In this document: positions 41,326-51,667 of the stretch, piece by piece
Layout: each line of letters starts with the position of its first letter
How positions within the stretch are numbered: the first letter of the stretch is position 1
Origin: a candidate division FCPU426 bacterium
GTDB lineage: Bacteria; Oederibacteriota; Muellerivitia; Muellerivitales; Muellerivitaceae
Direction: 5' to 3'
Assembly: GCA_963719085.1 (NCBI GenBank)
Contig: CAVRAL010000001.1
Span: 768,001 to 832,000, forward strand
Length of the DNA: 64,000 bases
Notes under the pieces: generated by a model
Told to the model about the DNA's origin: nothing
Seen by the model: only the letters and a program-made list of their open reading frames with translations
Database searches by the model: none
Position numbers and translations under genes: made by a program

Positions 41326-42447
41326 ATGCCAACTCAAGCCGCTAAAAAAATAAAAAAACAAAAATTCCTGAAAATCGGCGGGGTCACGCTTCGAACCAAG
41401 GCGCAAGATACCCATGTGGCCGAATCCCAAATCCTCATTTCGCCCAAAAAGGTGAAGTCCAAACTTCCGGGGAATAAAAAAGCCTATGAGACGGTTTTAA
41501 AAGGGCGCCGTGAGATCGAGGCCATTTTGGACCATAAGGACCGTCGTTTATTCGTGGTGGTGGGGCCCTGTTCCATTCACGATCCGCAAGCCGCGTATGA
41601 GTACGCTACCCGGTTGAAAAAATTGGCCGGTATGGTGAAATCAACCCTGCTTTTAGTGATGCGGGTTTATTTTGAAAAGCCCCGCACCACCATCGGTTGG
41701 AAGGGTTTGATCAACGATCCGGACATGAACGATTCTTTTCATATTGAGAAGGGAATTCTATTGGCCCGGCGGCTGCTTTTGAAATTCAATGAAATGGGCC
41801 TTCCGACTTCCACGGAGGCTTTGGATCCGATTATCCCGCAATATATCGCCGATCTCATCACCTGGTCGGCCATCGGGGCGAGGACCACCGAGTCCCAAAC
41901 CCATCGGGAAATGGCCAGCGGACTCTCGATGCCGGTGGGTTTCAAAAACGCCACCGACGGCAGCATTCAAGTGGCGCTCAACGGCATCAAAGCGGCGCGC
42001 ACGTCCCATCATTTTTTAGGGATCGATCAAAACGGCAAAACCGCCGTCTTTCGAACCACGGGGAATCCTTACGCCCATATCGTGTTGCGGGGCGGAGCCA
42101 AGCCCAATTACGATCCTCAATCGATTAAAGCCTGCGAGACGGCTTTGGCGCAGGAAGGGCTTCCGAATAATATTGTGGTCGATTGCAGCCATGGCAACTC
42201 GAATAAGGATTATCGTCAGCAGCCCCTGGTTTTCGACCAAGTATTGGATCAAGTGATCGAAGGGAATCAATCCATCATGGGCTATATGGTGGAAAGCAAT
42301 ATTCACGAGGGCAACCAGCCTTTGGTGAAGGATCTCGGAAAATTAAAATACGGAGTGTCCATTACGGACGCTTGTATTAATTGGGAAACGACCGAGGAAT
42401 TGATTTTGAAGGCCCATGGCCGTCTGAAAAAGGCTTGGAATCGTTAA
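41326..42447 (+). CDS. DAHP synthase, class I-alpha (AroF/G/H type)
   Basis: GPCSIHD, RVYFEKPRT, IGARTTESQTHRE and DCSHGNS motifs; isoenzyme not assignable. Confidence 0.96.
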   Translation: MPTQAAKKIKKQKFLKIGGVTLRTKAQDTHVAESQILISPKKVKSKLPGNKKAYETVLKGRREIEAILDHKDRRLFVVVGPCSIHDPQAAYEYATRLKKLAGMVKSTLLLVMRVYFEKPRTTIGWKGLINDPDMNDSFHIEKGILLARRLLLKFNEMGLPTSTEALDPIIPQYIADLITWSAIGARTTESQTHREMASGLSMPVGFKNATDGSIQVALNGIKAARTSHHFLGIDQNGKTAVFRTTGNPYAHIVLRGGAKPNYDPQSIKACETALAQEGLPNNIVVDCSHGNSNKDYRQQPLVFDQVLDQVIEGNQSIMGYMVESNIHEGNQPLVKDLGKLKYGVSITDACINWETTEELILKAHGRLKKAWNR

Positions 42448-42463
42448 GCGACCGGAAACCAGC

Positions 42464-43096
42464 ATGGCCTCTTTTCCTTTAACCCGTGTTTTAACCACCT
42501 GGTTTGTCCGGCTTTATTTCCGAATATCGGTCCAGGGTGAAAACTCGATTCCCGCCGAGGGCCCCTTTGTGGTGGTGGCCAATCACGCCAGTTTTTTAGA
42601 TCCCTTTTTCATTGGTTACGCCAGTCACCGCCGCCAAGTCGGTTTTATGGCCAAGGAAGAGCTTTTTAAAATTCCTTTGTTTGGCGCCCTGATCCGCCGT
42701 TATGACGCTTTTCCGGTCAAGCGCGGCCAGCATGATTTGGACGCGGTTCAAAGGTTTCATGATTTTCTGCATCAAAATAAACCGCTTCTCATTTTTCCCG
42801 AAGGCACCCGAACCTTGACGGGCGAGCTTCAAAAGGCCAAAAAGGGCGTGGGGCTTCTTTTATATAAGGCTCAAGTACCGGTGATTCCGGCTTACGTGGG
42901 CGGTACTTATCAGAGCTGGCCAAAGGGAAAACTTTTTCCAAAGCCGTGTAAAACATCCGTTCGGTTTGGAGAGCCGCTTTTATTAACCGACCTTTATCGT
43001 GAAAAACCTGAAAAAGACACTTACCGCCGAATCGCGGAAAGGGTCATGGAAAGCATCGCTCGCTTAAAAGCGATCGAATCATCCGATCGCCTCTAA
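42464..43096 (+). CDS. plsC: 1-acyl-sn-glycerol-3-phosphate acyltransferase
   Basis: NHASFLD and IFPEGTR motifs. Confidence 0.92.
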   Translation: MASFPLTRVLTTWFVRLYFRISVQGENSIPAEGPFVVVANHASFLDPFFIGYASHRRQVGFMAKEELFKIPLFGALIRRYDAFPVKRGQHDLDAVQRFHDFLHQNKPLLIFPEGTRTLTGELQKAKKGVGLLLYKAQVPVIPAYVGGTYQSWPKGKLFPKPCKTSVRFGEPLLLTDLYREKPEKDTYRRIAERVMESIARLKAIESSDRL

Positions 43097-43228
43097 CGGA
43101 TATCATTTTAAGGCCATTTTCAACCTTTCCAGGTTTCCCCGCCTCGGCGTCTGATGTAGAATAACGCCATCTTCATTATCCCCTCCGGAAGGCCATCCTT
43201 CCTGGAGTGAAAGAACCCGAGGTTTAAC

Positions 43229-44941
43229 ATGTCCGAATCACCCATCCCCGAAATGACAATGGAAGAACTTTTAAACGAGGAAAAGCGGGTCGCCCGCGGC
43301 CAAGTGGTGAACGGCGTCATTGTGAAGATCGAGTCCGATGAGATCATCGTGGACGTTGGTTACAAAACCGAAGGTGTCATCCCCAAGTCCGAGTTTTTGG
43401 ATATTTCGGGTGAGTTGACGGTGAAGGTGGGCGACCGGGTGGATGTTTCGGTGGAGCGGATGTCGGACTCCAACGGTCGTTTAAGATTATCCAAAAGAAA
43501 TGTCGACAAAAGCCGGCTTTGGCAAACCTTGGAAGAAACCTTTGGCGCGGGACAATTGATCAAGGGCCGGGTGACCAAAAAAGTCAACGGCGGGTATCGG
43601 GTGGACATCGGGGGAGTGGAGGCCTTTTTACCGGCCAGCCAGGTTTCCTTGCAAAAAACCAGCGACTCGGACGAATACATTGAAAAAATTTACCAATTTA
43701 AAATAATCAAACTCGACCGGGCGCGCTCCAACGTGGTCATTTCCCGCCGGCCCGTTTTGGAACTGGAACGGGACTCGAACCGTCAGAAACGGCTGACGGA
43801 GTTAAATCCCGGGGACATTTTGGAGGGGCGGGTCAAGAGTTTGGTCAGTTATGGCGCTTTTGTTGATTTGAACGGTGTGGACGGGCTTTTGCACATCGCG
43901 GATATCGACTGGGGGCGGGTCAACAAGGTCGAGGACTATCTGAAACCCGACCACGCGGTGAAGGTCATGGTTTTGCAGGTGGACCGGGAGAAGGGAAAAA
44001 TCTCGCTGGGCATCAAGCAAATGGCCGTGGACCCCTGGACCGAAGCCGATAAGCGCTACCGCGGCGGGCAGATCGTGGAGGTGGAGATCACCCATTTCGC
44101 CGACTACGGGGTTTTCTTGAAAACCGCCGATCACTTGGAAGGTTTTTGCCATATCACGGAAATTTCATGGTCCAAAAAACTGAAGAAACCCTCCGAGCTT
44201 TTTAAAGTCGGGGATAAAAAACAGGCCCAAATCGTCGACATCGATTTTGAAAAACGGAAAATAAATTTCAGCTTCAAACGCCTGGAAAAAAGTCCTTGGG
44301 ACAATGTGGCCCAACGGTACCCGATTGGGGTGACGGTCAACGCCACGGTCACCAATGTCACCGACTTTGGCTTGTTTCTGGAGATCGAGGATGGGCTGGA
44401 GGGGCTTTTGCACCAATCCGACATCAGCTGGGATAAAAGGACCAAGGCCCCCCAAAAGGAATACAAAGTCGGTCAAAGTTTGTCCGTCAAGATGCTGGGA
44501 ATTGACTTGGAGAAAAAAAGAATTTCCCTGGGTTTGAAACAAGTCGATGGGGATCCCTGGGATAAAATCGAGGAAAAGTACAAGGCCGGCCAAGTTTTGA
44601 CTTCCCAGGTTTCCCGATTGGTGGAATTCGGTGTTTTTGTGGCCTTGGAAAAAAATGTCGAGGGATTGATCCATAAGACCGAGATCTCAAATCCTCCGCC
44701 CAAAAGCCTGGAAGAGTTATTCAAACCCGGGGATGAAGTGACCTTCAAGGTGATTGGAGTGGATTCGGGCAAACGCCGCATCTCCTTGAGCGTGAAAGCC
44801 TTGACGGGAAAGCCTCCGGCAACCGAGGAGCTCGATGACGAGCAAATTGTGCATCGCCGCACCAGCGCCTTCCAAAAGATGCTGAAGAAATTCATGAAGA
44901 CGGCGAAAACGGCCGAACCAGAAGAAGACGAAGACTTCTAA
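43229..44941 (+). CDS. rpsA: 30S ribosomal protein S1 (six S1 domains)
   Basis: Repeated S1 domains (YGAFVDL, FGLFLEI, FGVFVAL; ISLGIKQ). Confidence 0.95.
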   Translation: MSESPIPEMTMEELLNEEKRVARGQVVNGVIVKIESDEIIVDVGYKTEGVIPKSEFLDISGELTVKVGDRVDVSVERMSDSNGRLRLSKRNVDKSRLWQTLEETFGAGQLIKGRVTKKVNGGYRVDIGGVEAFLPASQVSLQKTSDSDEYIEKIYQFKIIKLDRARSNVVISRRPVLELERDSNRQKRLTELNPGDILEGRVKSLVSYGAFVDLNGVDGLLHIADIDWGRVNKVEDYLKPDHAVKVMVLQVDREKGKISLGIKQMAVDPWTEADKRYRGGQIVEVEITHFADYGVFLKTADHLEGFCHITEISWSKKLKKPSELFKVGDKKQAQIVDIDFEKRKINFSFKRLEKSPWDNVAQRYPIGVTVNATVTNVTDFGLFLEIEDGLEGLLHQSDISWDKRTKAPQKEYKVGQSLSVKMLGIDLEKKRISLGLKQVDGDPWDKIEEKYKAGQVLTSQVSRLVEFGVFVALEKNVEGLIHKTEISNPPPKSLEELFKPGDEVTFKVIGVDSGKRRISLSVKALTGKPPATEELDDEQIVHRRTSAFQKMLKKFMKTAKTAEPEEDEDF

Positions 44942-47908
44942 TGAGGGTGAAGGCGTTCCCGGCCTTCCGGAAGTTTATTCTTTCCGGTTTTTTAGTGATG
45001 GTTTGCGCCCCTTTTGAAAATCTCCATTCCGCGGGAATTCATCAGCCGGATCTTTTGGACCAAGGCCGGGTTCTTTTACGGGCCCGCGCTTATGAGCTCG
45101 CGCTCAACCGGTTTTTATGGTTGGAAAAAAACAGCGACAATGACGGGGAGCGGTCCTTGGCCCTGCGCATGGTCGGCGAGACCCAGTTCAAAAACGCGGA
45201 TTACGCCTCCGCTTATCAGGCTTATCAAGAGTCCCTTCGGCTGACCCCGCTTTCTTCCGGCAAGCTCAACCTCGAGTTTAAGGCGGCGATTTCGCTGGTT
45301 TATCTGAAAAAATACGACTCCGCCCTCGAGAAATTAACGCGGGTGGAAAATCGGGTGGCCGATAAGGGCTTTTTGACCGACCTCTATTTTTGGGAAGGGG
45401 AGTGCTATTTCCAGTTGGGCCAATATGACTTGGCCCGGCAAAAATACGGCAAGATATTCGCCACCAATATGCGTTACCGATACGTTTATCTGGTCCGCTA
45501 CCTCGATTCCTGGTGCGCGTTTGAGCAGAAGGATTATGACGCGGCCTTGGGAGGCTTTAGCGAAGTCGAGGCCAAAACGGATGATTCAACCTTGAAAAAG
45601 ACGGCCGCTTTCCAGGTGGCGGAGTCGCTCTATCGGGCCGGGCGTTATCCGGAAGCGCAAAAAAAATACGGCGATTTCGCGGCGGACTACCCGGCGGATC
45701 ATTTAAAACCCGCCGCGGTCTATGGACTGGGCTGGTCCTTTGAAAAACAAGGGAAACTGAACGACGCGATTCAGGCTTTCGACCAGGTCCAGACCCAATA
45801 TCCTAACGACCCCCTGGCGGCTTGGGCCGCGGTGCGGGAAGGCGCGGACGCCTCAGTCAACAACGATCCTGCGCTCGCTCAAAAGTCCTACCAAAGGACA
45901 TTGGAATTGGCGCCCAATAAAATCCCGTCGGATTTGGCCGAGTTCGGCCTGGGATGGCTGGCTTTTTCCGGCCAGCATTATGATGAGGCGGCCGCGCATT
46001 TTCTGAAGGTCTCGCTTTTCATCCCGGCAAGCCAGCTTTTGTGGGACGCGCAATATTTACGCGCCGGCGCGGCGTATTTGGAGGGGGATTACGTATCGTC
46101 CGAAAAAATTTATGAAAAGTGCTCGGCCGGCGCCGCGCCGGATCTGGCCCAGGCTTCCCAGTTTTGGATGGCTTGGTGTGATTATCATATGGGCCACTAC
46201 GAGGACGCCAAAAACTCTTTTGAAAAACTCGCCGAAGGCGCGCAAGACGATCCCTGGACCGCGCGGGCCCTTTGGGGCGCGGGGGAATCGGCCTATCAAT
46301 TGACCCAATATGACGGGGCGGTTTCGCTTTATCAAGGCGCTTTGGCGGTGGAGGACTGTCCCGTTTCCCAAGAGTGTTACTCGGGCATGGGGTGGAGTTA
46401 TTTTGAGGAGCAGAAATACCCGGAAGCTTTCAGCGCGTTTCAAAAAACGGTGTCGGTGAATCCGAGATCACCCCTGGCCTATGAGGCTCAATTGCGGGCC
46501 GGGGATTGCCAGTACAATCTGCACCAGTTCGATCAAGCGCAAATCGAGTATGAAAAGGTGATTAAAAACAAAGACGGGGCGCCCTATGAATTGGACGCGT
46601 TGGAACAGTTGGGCTGGTGCGCTTACCGATCCGAGTCTTTTGAGAACGCCGTAAGCTCGTGGAACCTGCTGGCTTCGCGGCCCGGCGCGGAGGAGCGCAA
46701 ACCCCGGCTTTTTTACTGGATGGCCTGGGCTTATTTCCGCGACAAAGCCTATGAAAAGTCCGCCGCTGAGTTTAAGGCGGTGGAAACTAATTTTCCGGAT
46801 GATCCGCTCGCCCCGGAGTCCCATTTGCGGGAAGGGGACTGTTATTTTAACCTGAAGGATTTTCATACCTCGAAAATAATTTACAAGAGTTTTTTGGACC
46901 AGTATCCCAATCATCCCCTCGTTCCCGACGCGCTTTATGGATTGCAATGGTCCGCGGATAAATTGGGGGAAAAGGACGAGGCGGATAAGGAGGCGCAGGA
47001 TTTCATGCAAAAATTCCCGGCCAGCCCCTATTCGCCGGATATCGAGCTTCGATTGGCGGACAGCCGTTTTCACGCGCAAGATTATTCAGGCGCCGTGAGC
47101 CAATATCAGGACTTTATCCAGCGTTTTGCCCAAAGCGATCTTTTGCCCCGGGCTTATTTTTGGATGGGCACGGCCCTGGTCAAACAAGATAAAACGGACG
47201 CGGCGGTTCCGGCTTTTCAAAAAGTCATTCAGGCCTATCCCTCGGATCCCCTGGCGCTGGAAAGCCAATTCAGCCTGGCATCGCTTTATTTTGAGCAAAA
47301 AGATTTCGCCGACGCCCTTAAAAACTATTCGGACATTTACCACAACTATCCCGATCATCGCCTGGCGCCTCACGCGCTTTTTAACAGCGCGGTGTGTGAA
47401 AAGCAGCCTGGGAGGGCCGGAGAAGGCCTTGGATGACTTTAACCAGCTCAGCCAGAAATATCCGGACGATCCGCTGGCCTTTGAGGCCGATATTCAGTCG
47501 GGTATTCTTTTGGAAAAGTTTTCCCGCTTTGACGACGCTTTAACCGCTTATTTCAAGGCGGGGCAGTCTCCCGACCCGGATTTGGCGGTCGAGGCCCATT
47601 TTTACCACGCCGATCTTCAACGCCAGCTGAAGCGCTATGACCCGGCGGTAAAAGAATTCAATGATTTGACGGCGAAGTTCCCCTCGGAGGACCAATGGGT
47701 GGTGACGGCTTTCGCCCAAATCGCGAAGTGCTATGAGGAACAAAATAAATACGACAAGGCTTATAAAGCTTATGAGCGGATTTTAAAATATACGAAAGAT
47801 AAAAGCTACCGGGCCGCCACCCTTAAACATATGAAGGCGCTGGGGCCTTATCTGAAAAAAGCCCCTTCCGCCGCTCCCGCCGCGGTTAAAACGGAGGCGC
47901 CGAAATGA
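44941..47908 (+). CDS. Large exported TPR protein (about 988 aa if joined), split by a 1-nt frameshift near 47407-47416
   Basis: ORFs 44941-47436 and 47126-47908 continue one TPR array (...NSAVCEKQ / LGGPEKALDDFNQLSQKYPDDPLA). Confidence 0.8.
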
Positions 47909-49746
47909 TTCGAACGAAAGGCCTTATGATGGGGTCTTGGATCGGTTTGGCTGGATTTTTTTTCACCTTTTCCAATCTTTCGGCTCAAACCGCCGCTCCC
48001 ACATCGGTTGACGCCGAAAGTTTGGCGTCAGCGACGCCGGCCGCCCTGCCGACTCCCCTCGGTCAAGCCGCCACCTTGGTCAAACCCAGTGATGTCGAAA
48101 TGGAACAAGCGCCGCAAACCCTAAATCAAAAACCTTCCCAAGCCGAGGGCGTAACGGCGCCGGCGGCGTCTAAACCCACGGAGGTTCCGCAGTTTTCACT
48201 TCCCGATGTGGTGATTACGGGTGACAACGAGTTGACGATTGGGGCCAAGCGGCTTGAGCGGCCGGAAAATGACGTGACCCTGGGAACCCGGGATTTGAGC
48301 GACTTAAACCGCTCTTCGGATGATTTGCCCGGACTGGATAAAACCATAACCGCCTTATCCACCGAGGACACCGGCTCACCCCGCGCCTCCGCGCTGATTC
48401 TTCATTTAGGCGGCGGGGATTTGGGGACTTACGGCGGCTGGGGGTTGTTCGGGCAAAGTTTTCAATCGTTCGAGTATTTGCTGACCGGCGGTTATTCCAA
48501 TTGGGGAGGGGAGCCGGCAGGGCCGGGGCACGATGGGGAGGAGCGCGCTAAAATCGGGTTTGACGGGGAGCTTTTACCCCAAGGCCCGCTGAACTTGGAT
48601 TTTTCCGCCAATGTAGAAAAGGCGGACGCGGAACTGCCCTATGAAAATTCCTCGAGCGAAACTCGATCGGGTCTGAATTTAAAAGGGACCCTGACGACGA
48701 AACTTTCGAATTTCACCGATCTTAATTTTCAAATTCAGGATGAGCAAACCCAATTGACCACTTGGGATCTAAATTTGAGCCAAGCCAGCGTCAATGAGTT
48801 GGAGGGGAAGGGCCGGTTGTCATTTGACGAGATAAACTCTTTCCTGGAAAATATTTCCCTGGAGGCGGGCGGCCGGGACGGGACGTCCTCCGATTTACCG
48901 CCGGGAGCGGTGAGTGATTATCACTGGGGATGGATGGAAGCGTCCGCCCAATGGAAGCTGGGCGATGAGGGAACCCTGACCACCCGGCTTCAAGGACAAG
49001 GCGGGGGAGGCGGCCTTGATTTACCGCTTCGGTTTTATCCTTCGGCGGATCTCTATTGGCATCTTTTTGAGGATACCCAATTGGAATTCAATTACACCAA
49101 CAGCCGGTCCATCGATGACTTTTACCAAAGTTATATGGAATCCGATCATGTTTCCGACTCGGCGGGATTCGCCCTTCCGACCGAGCGGATCAACGAGTTC
49201 GGCGTAAAGTGGACGCAAAAGGTCACCGATCAATCGATCTTCTCGATATTTGGATCGGATGGTGAGATCAGCAATTATCATCAATGGACCGACCTGTTGC
49301 CCTCGGGCGCGGTGACTTATATCCAAGACGATTCCACCATTGGGCTGATCGATTTGAAAAAGGCCGGCGTCAATTTTCAATTTGATTTCGACCGAAATTT
49401 GGCACTGTCGGCCAAGTATCAATGGGAAGAGGGGACCAACAAGTCAGATGGACAGAATTTAACCGAGCTGCCGGCCGATCAATTTTGGGCCGCCCTTTTG
49501 AAAACCGAGGACAATTGGGACGCCAAAATCGGGCTGCAATGGGTTTCCGCGCGAAACGCTTTCGCGACCCGTCCCGATCAACTGCCGGCCTATTGGACCT
49601 TGGGCTTTTCCGGAAGCTATCATTTTGAAAGAGCCCTGAGTCTTTGGTTTTCAGCGGAAAATTTGTTAGGGGAATCCTATCAGTTGGAGCCGGGGTATGA
49701 TGAACCGAGATTTTACACGCAGGCGGGGATCGAACTCATTTTTTAA
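47905..49746 (+). CDS. Outer-membrane beta-barrel, TonB-dependent-receptor-like
   Basis: Signal peptide; TonB-box-like LPDVVITG; amphipathic strands; ENLLGESY...RFYTQAGIELIF ending in Phe. Confidence 0.7.
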   Translation: MIRTKGLMMGSWIGLAGFFFTFSNLSAQTAAPTSVDAESLASATPAALPTPLGQAATLVKPSDVEMEQAPQTLNQKPSQAEGVTAPAASKPTEVPQFSLPDVVITGDNELTIGAKRLERPENDVTLGTRDLSDLNRSSDDLPGLDKTITALSTEDTGSPRASALILHLGGGDLGTYGGWGLFGQSFQSFEYLLTGGYSNWGGEPAGPGHDGEERAKIGFDGELLPQGPLNLDFSANVEKADAELPYENSSSETRSGLNLKGTLTTKLSNFTDLNFQIQDEQTQLTTWDLNLSQASVNELEGKGRLSFDEINSFLENISLEAGGRDGTSSDLPPGAVSDYHWGWMEASAQWKLGDEGTLTTRLQGQGGGGGLDLPLRFYPSADLYWHLFEDTQLEFNYTNSRSIDDFYQSYMESDHVSDSAGFALPTERINEFGVKWTQKVTDQSIFSIFGSDGEISNYHQWTDLLPSGAVTYIQDDSTIGLIDLKKAGVNFQFDFDRNLALSAKYQWEEGTNKSDGQNLTELPADQFWAALLKTEDNWDAKIGLQWVSARNAFATRPDQLPAYWTLGFSGSYHFERALSLWFSAENLLGESYQLEPGYDEPRFYTQAGIELIF

Positions 49747-49768
49747 TTCATGAAACGCGGAGGTTGAT

Positions 49769-50383
49769 ATGTTTCAAGATTCGTTATTACTTCAACTGCT
49801 TCAAAAGGGCGGATGGGTGATTTTGTTTTTATTGGTTCTTTCGGTGGTGGTTTTCGCCGTTTTCTATGACCGGTGGCGTTTTTACCGGAAAAACCTTCAA
49901 CCTTTGAGCCGGGTTTGGATGGATTTGGAGAATAAGGTGGAAGGAAAATCATGGAAAGAGGCTTTGGAATCCTGCCTGAGGAACGACAGCTTTTTGGCGC
50001 TGGTCGCGGCGGCGGGAATCAAAGCGAGGCTGGCGAAGCAGGAACCGGTTCCCGCGATGGAACGGGAAGCCAAACTTAATTTGTTGAAGCTGGAGGCCCG
50101 GCTGCCCTTCCTGGCCACCACGGGAAGTATCGCCCCCTTCATCGGCTTATTCGGCACGGTCTTGGGCATCATGAACGCTTTTAAGGATTTGGCCGCCACC
50201 AATTCGGGCGGCGCCGGGGTGGTTTCGGAGGGAATCGCCGAAGCCTTGATCGCGACCGCCAGCGGCTTATTCGTGGCGATCACCGCGGTCTTTATTTTCA
50301 ACACCTTTCAAGCCCGGCTGAATGTGGCGGCCCAAGAGGCTGAAATCATCATCTCGCTCATGTCGGAAAAATTAGCCGCTTAG
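49769..50383 (+). CDS. exbB: ExbB/TolQ/MotA proton-channel protein
   Basis: APFIGLFGTVLGIM and GIAEALIATASGL motifs. Confidence 0.88.
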   Translation: MFQDSLLLQLLQKGGWVILFLLVLSVVVFAVFYDRWRFYRKNLQPLSRVWMDLENKVEGKSWKEALESCLRNDSFLALVAAAGIKARLAKQEPVPAMEREAKLNLLKLEARLPFLATTGSIAPFIGLFGTVLGIMNAFKDLAATNSGGAGVVSEGIAEALIATASGLFVAITAVFIFNTFQARLNVAAQEAEIIISLMSEKLAA

Positions 50384-50391
50384 GAGACCCC

Positions 50392-50838
50392 ATGCAAAGC
50401 CGATTGAGGGCAAAGTCAAAACTGATGGCCGAGATCAATATGGTTCCTTTTACGGATTTGGTGCTCGTGCTTTTGGTGATCTTTATGGTTACAACGCCTT
50501 TTTTGTTTCAAGGCCATTTTCAAGTTCAGCTGCCCAAAGTGGCGGCGCCGACCCCGAATCTTCCCGAGGTCATTACCTTGACCATTACGGAGGGGGACAA
50601 GATCTATTTGAACAATCAAGAAACTTCCGCTGAGGATTTGACCGGCCAGCTCAAGGCTTTGGTGGCGGCCAAACCGGATGATTTGGTGATGATCAACGCC
50701 GATAAAAATGTGTCCCATGGAACCGTGACCGGCGTGATGTCCCAGGCTTATCTGGCGGGCGTCACCAAAGTCGGGATCGCGGTCGAGATTCCGAATTCCA
50801 CTGGAAGCGGCGCGGCCGCTCCAGCGGTTACCCCGTAA
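50392..50838 (+). CDS. exbD: ExbD/TolR protein
   Basis: EINMVPFTDLVLVLLVIFMVT and INADKNV motifs. Confidence 0.88.
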   Translation: MQSRLRAKSKLMAEINMVPFTDLVLVLLVIFMVTTPFLFQGHFQVQLPKVAAPTPNLPEVITLTITEGDKIYLNNQETSAEDLTGQLKALVAAKPDDLVMINADKNVSHGTVTGVMSQAYLAGVTKVGIAVEIPNSTGSGAAAPAVTP

Positions 50839-50846
50839 GGAAAAGC

Positions 50847-51614
50847 ATGGAACAGCGTTCTTTTCTTAAACCCGTTGTTTATTCCACCTTGCTCCATTTG
50901 TTTATTCTTTTGCTCCTGGCGTTTCTTTTAAGCTCCTTTTTGACGCCTAAGACGCCTTTGATGATGGAACTCACTTTAATCGGGCAGATGTCCAAAGGAG
51001 AAGGATTAGGCTCCATCGCTTCCAATCCCGGAAAACAGCCGGATCAATCGCCCGAAGTGAAAACCCAAGGGACTTTTTCCAGTCCGCAAAAAACCGCCTC
51101 CAATCCTGAAATCACGGCGGCCCCGTCAAAGGTTTCCATCCGCAAGCCGCTCCCCACGCAAAAGGTTTCGGGAAGCGCCTCCGCGGAATCGTATCTGGAA
51201 AGCTTGGACAAAACCGCGCCGATCGGATTGTCGATCCACAAAGAGGCGACCAATGAGATTAAAACGACCGCGGGGCTCGGGCACTTAGGAGTCGCGGGCG
51301 CGCCGGATGGGAACGCCCAAATTGAGGGGGAATTGGCGGCCCGGGAAATTAAGACAAAGGTTTTTCCCAAGTATCCGGACTGGGCCCAAAAACAGGGTGT
51401 GGAAGGATCGGTTCGCTACCGGTTGACCGTTCTGCCGAATGGGCTTTTGAAAGATGATTTGGAATTGGAGCAAACTTCCGGTTATCCCGAGCTGGATCAG
51501 GATGTTTACGCGGCCTTGATCCAATGGGAATTCAGCGCCTTGACCCCCAGTTCCCCTCAAGTGGATCAATCGGGCGTGATCACCTTTTCTTTCAATTTCG
51601 CGAAAAGCCAATGA
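50847..51614 (+). CDS. tonB: TonB family energy transducer
   Basis: N-terminal TM with STLLH; PKYPDWAQKQGVEGSV...SGYPELD C-terminal domain. Confidence 0.85.
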   Translation: MEQRSFLKPVVYSTLLHLFILLLLAFLLSSFLTPKTPLMMELTLIGQMSKGEGLGSIASNPGKQPDQSPEVKTQGTFSSPQKTASNPEITAAPSKVSIRKPLPTQKVSGSASAESYLESLDKTAPIGLSIHKEATNEIKTTAGLGHLGVAGAPDGNAQIEGELAAREIKTKVFPKYPDWAQKQGVEGSVRYRLTVLPNGLLKDDLELEQTSGYPELDQDVYAALIQWEFSALTPSSPQVDQSGVITFSFNFAKSQ

Positions 51615-51667
51615 TGGAAGCCGCTTTTTCGGGGTTAGATTAAACCGATATTTTAAAGGGACTTTTT

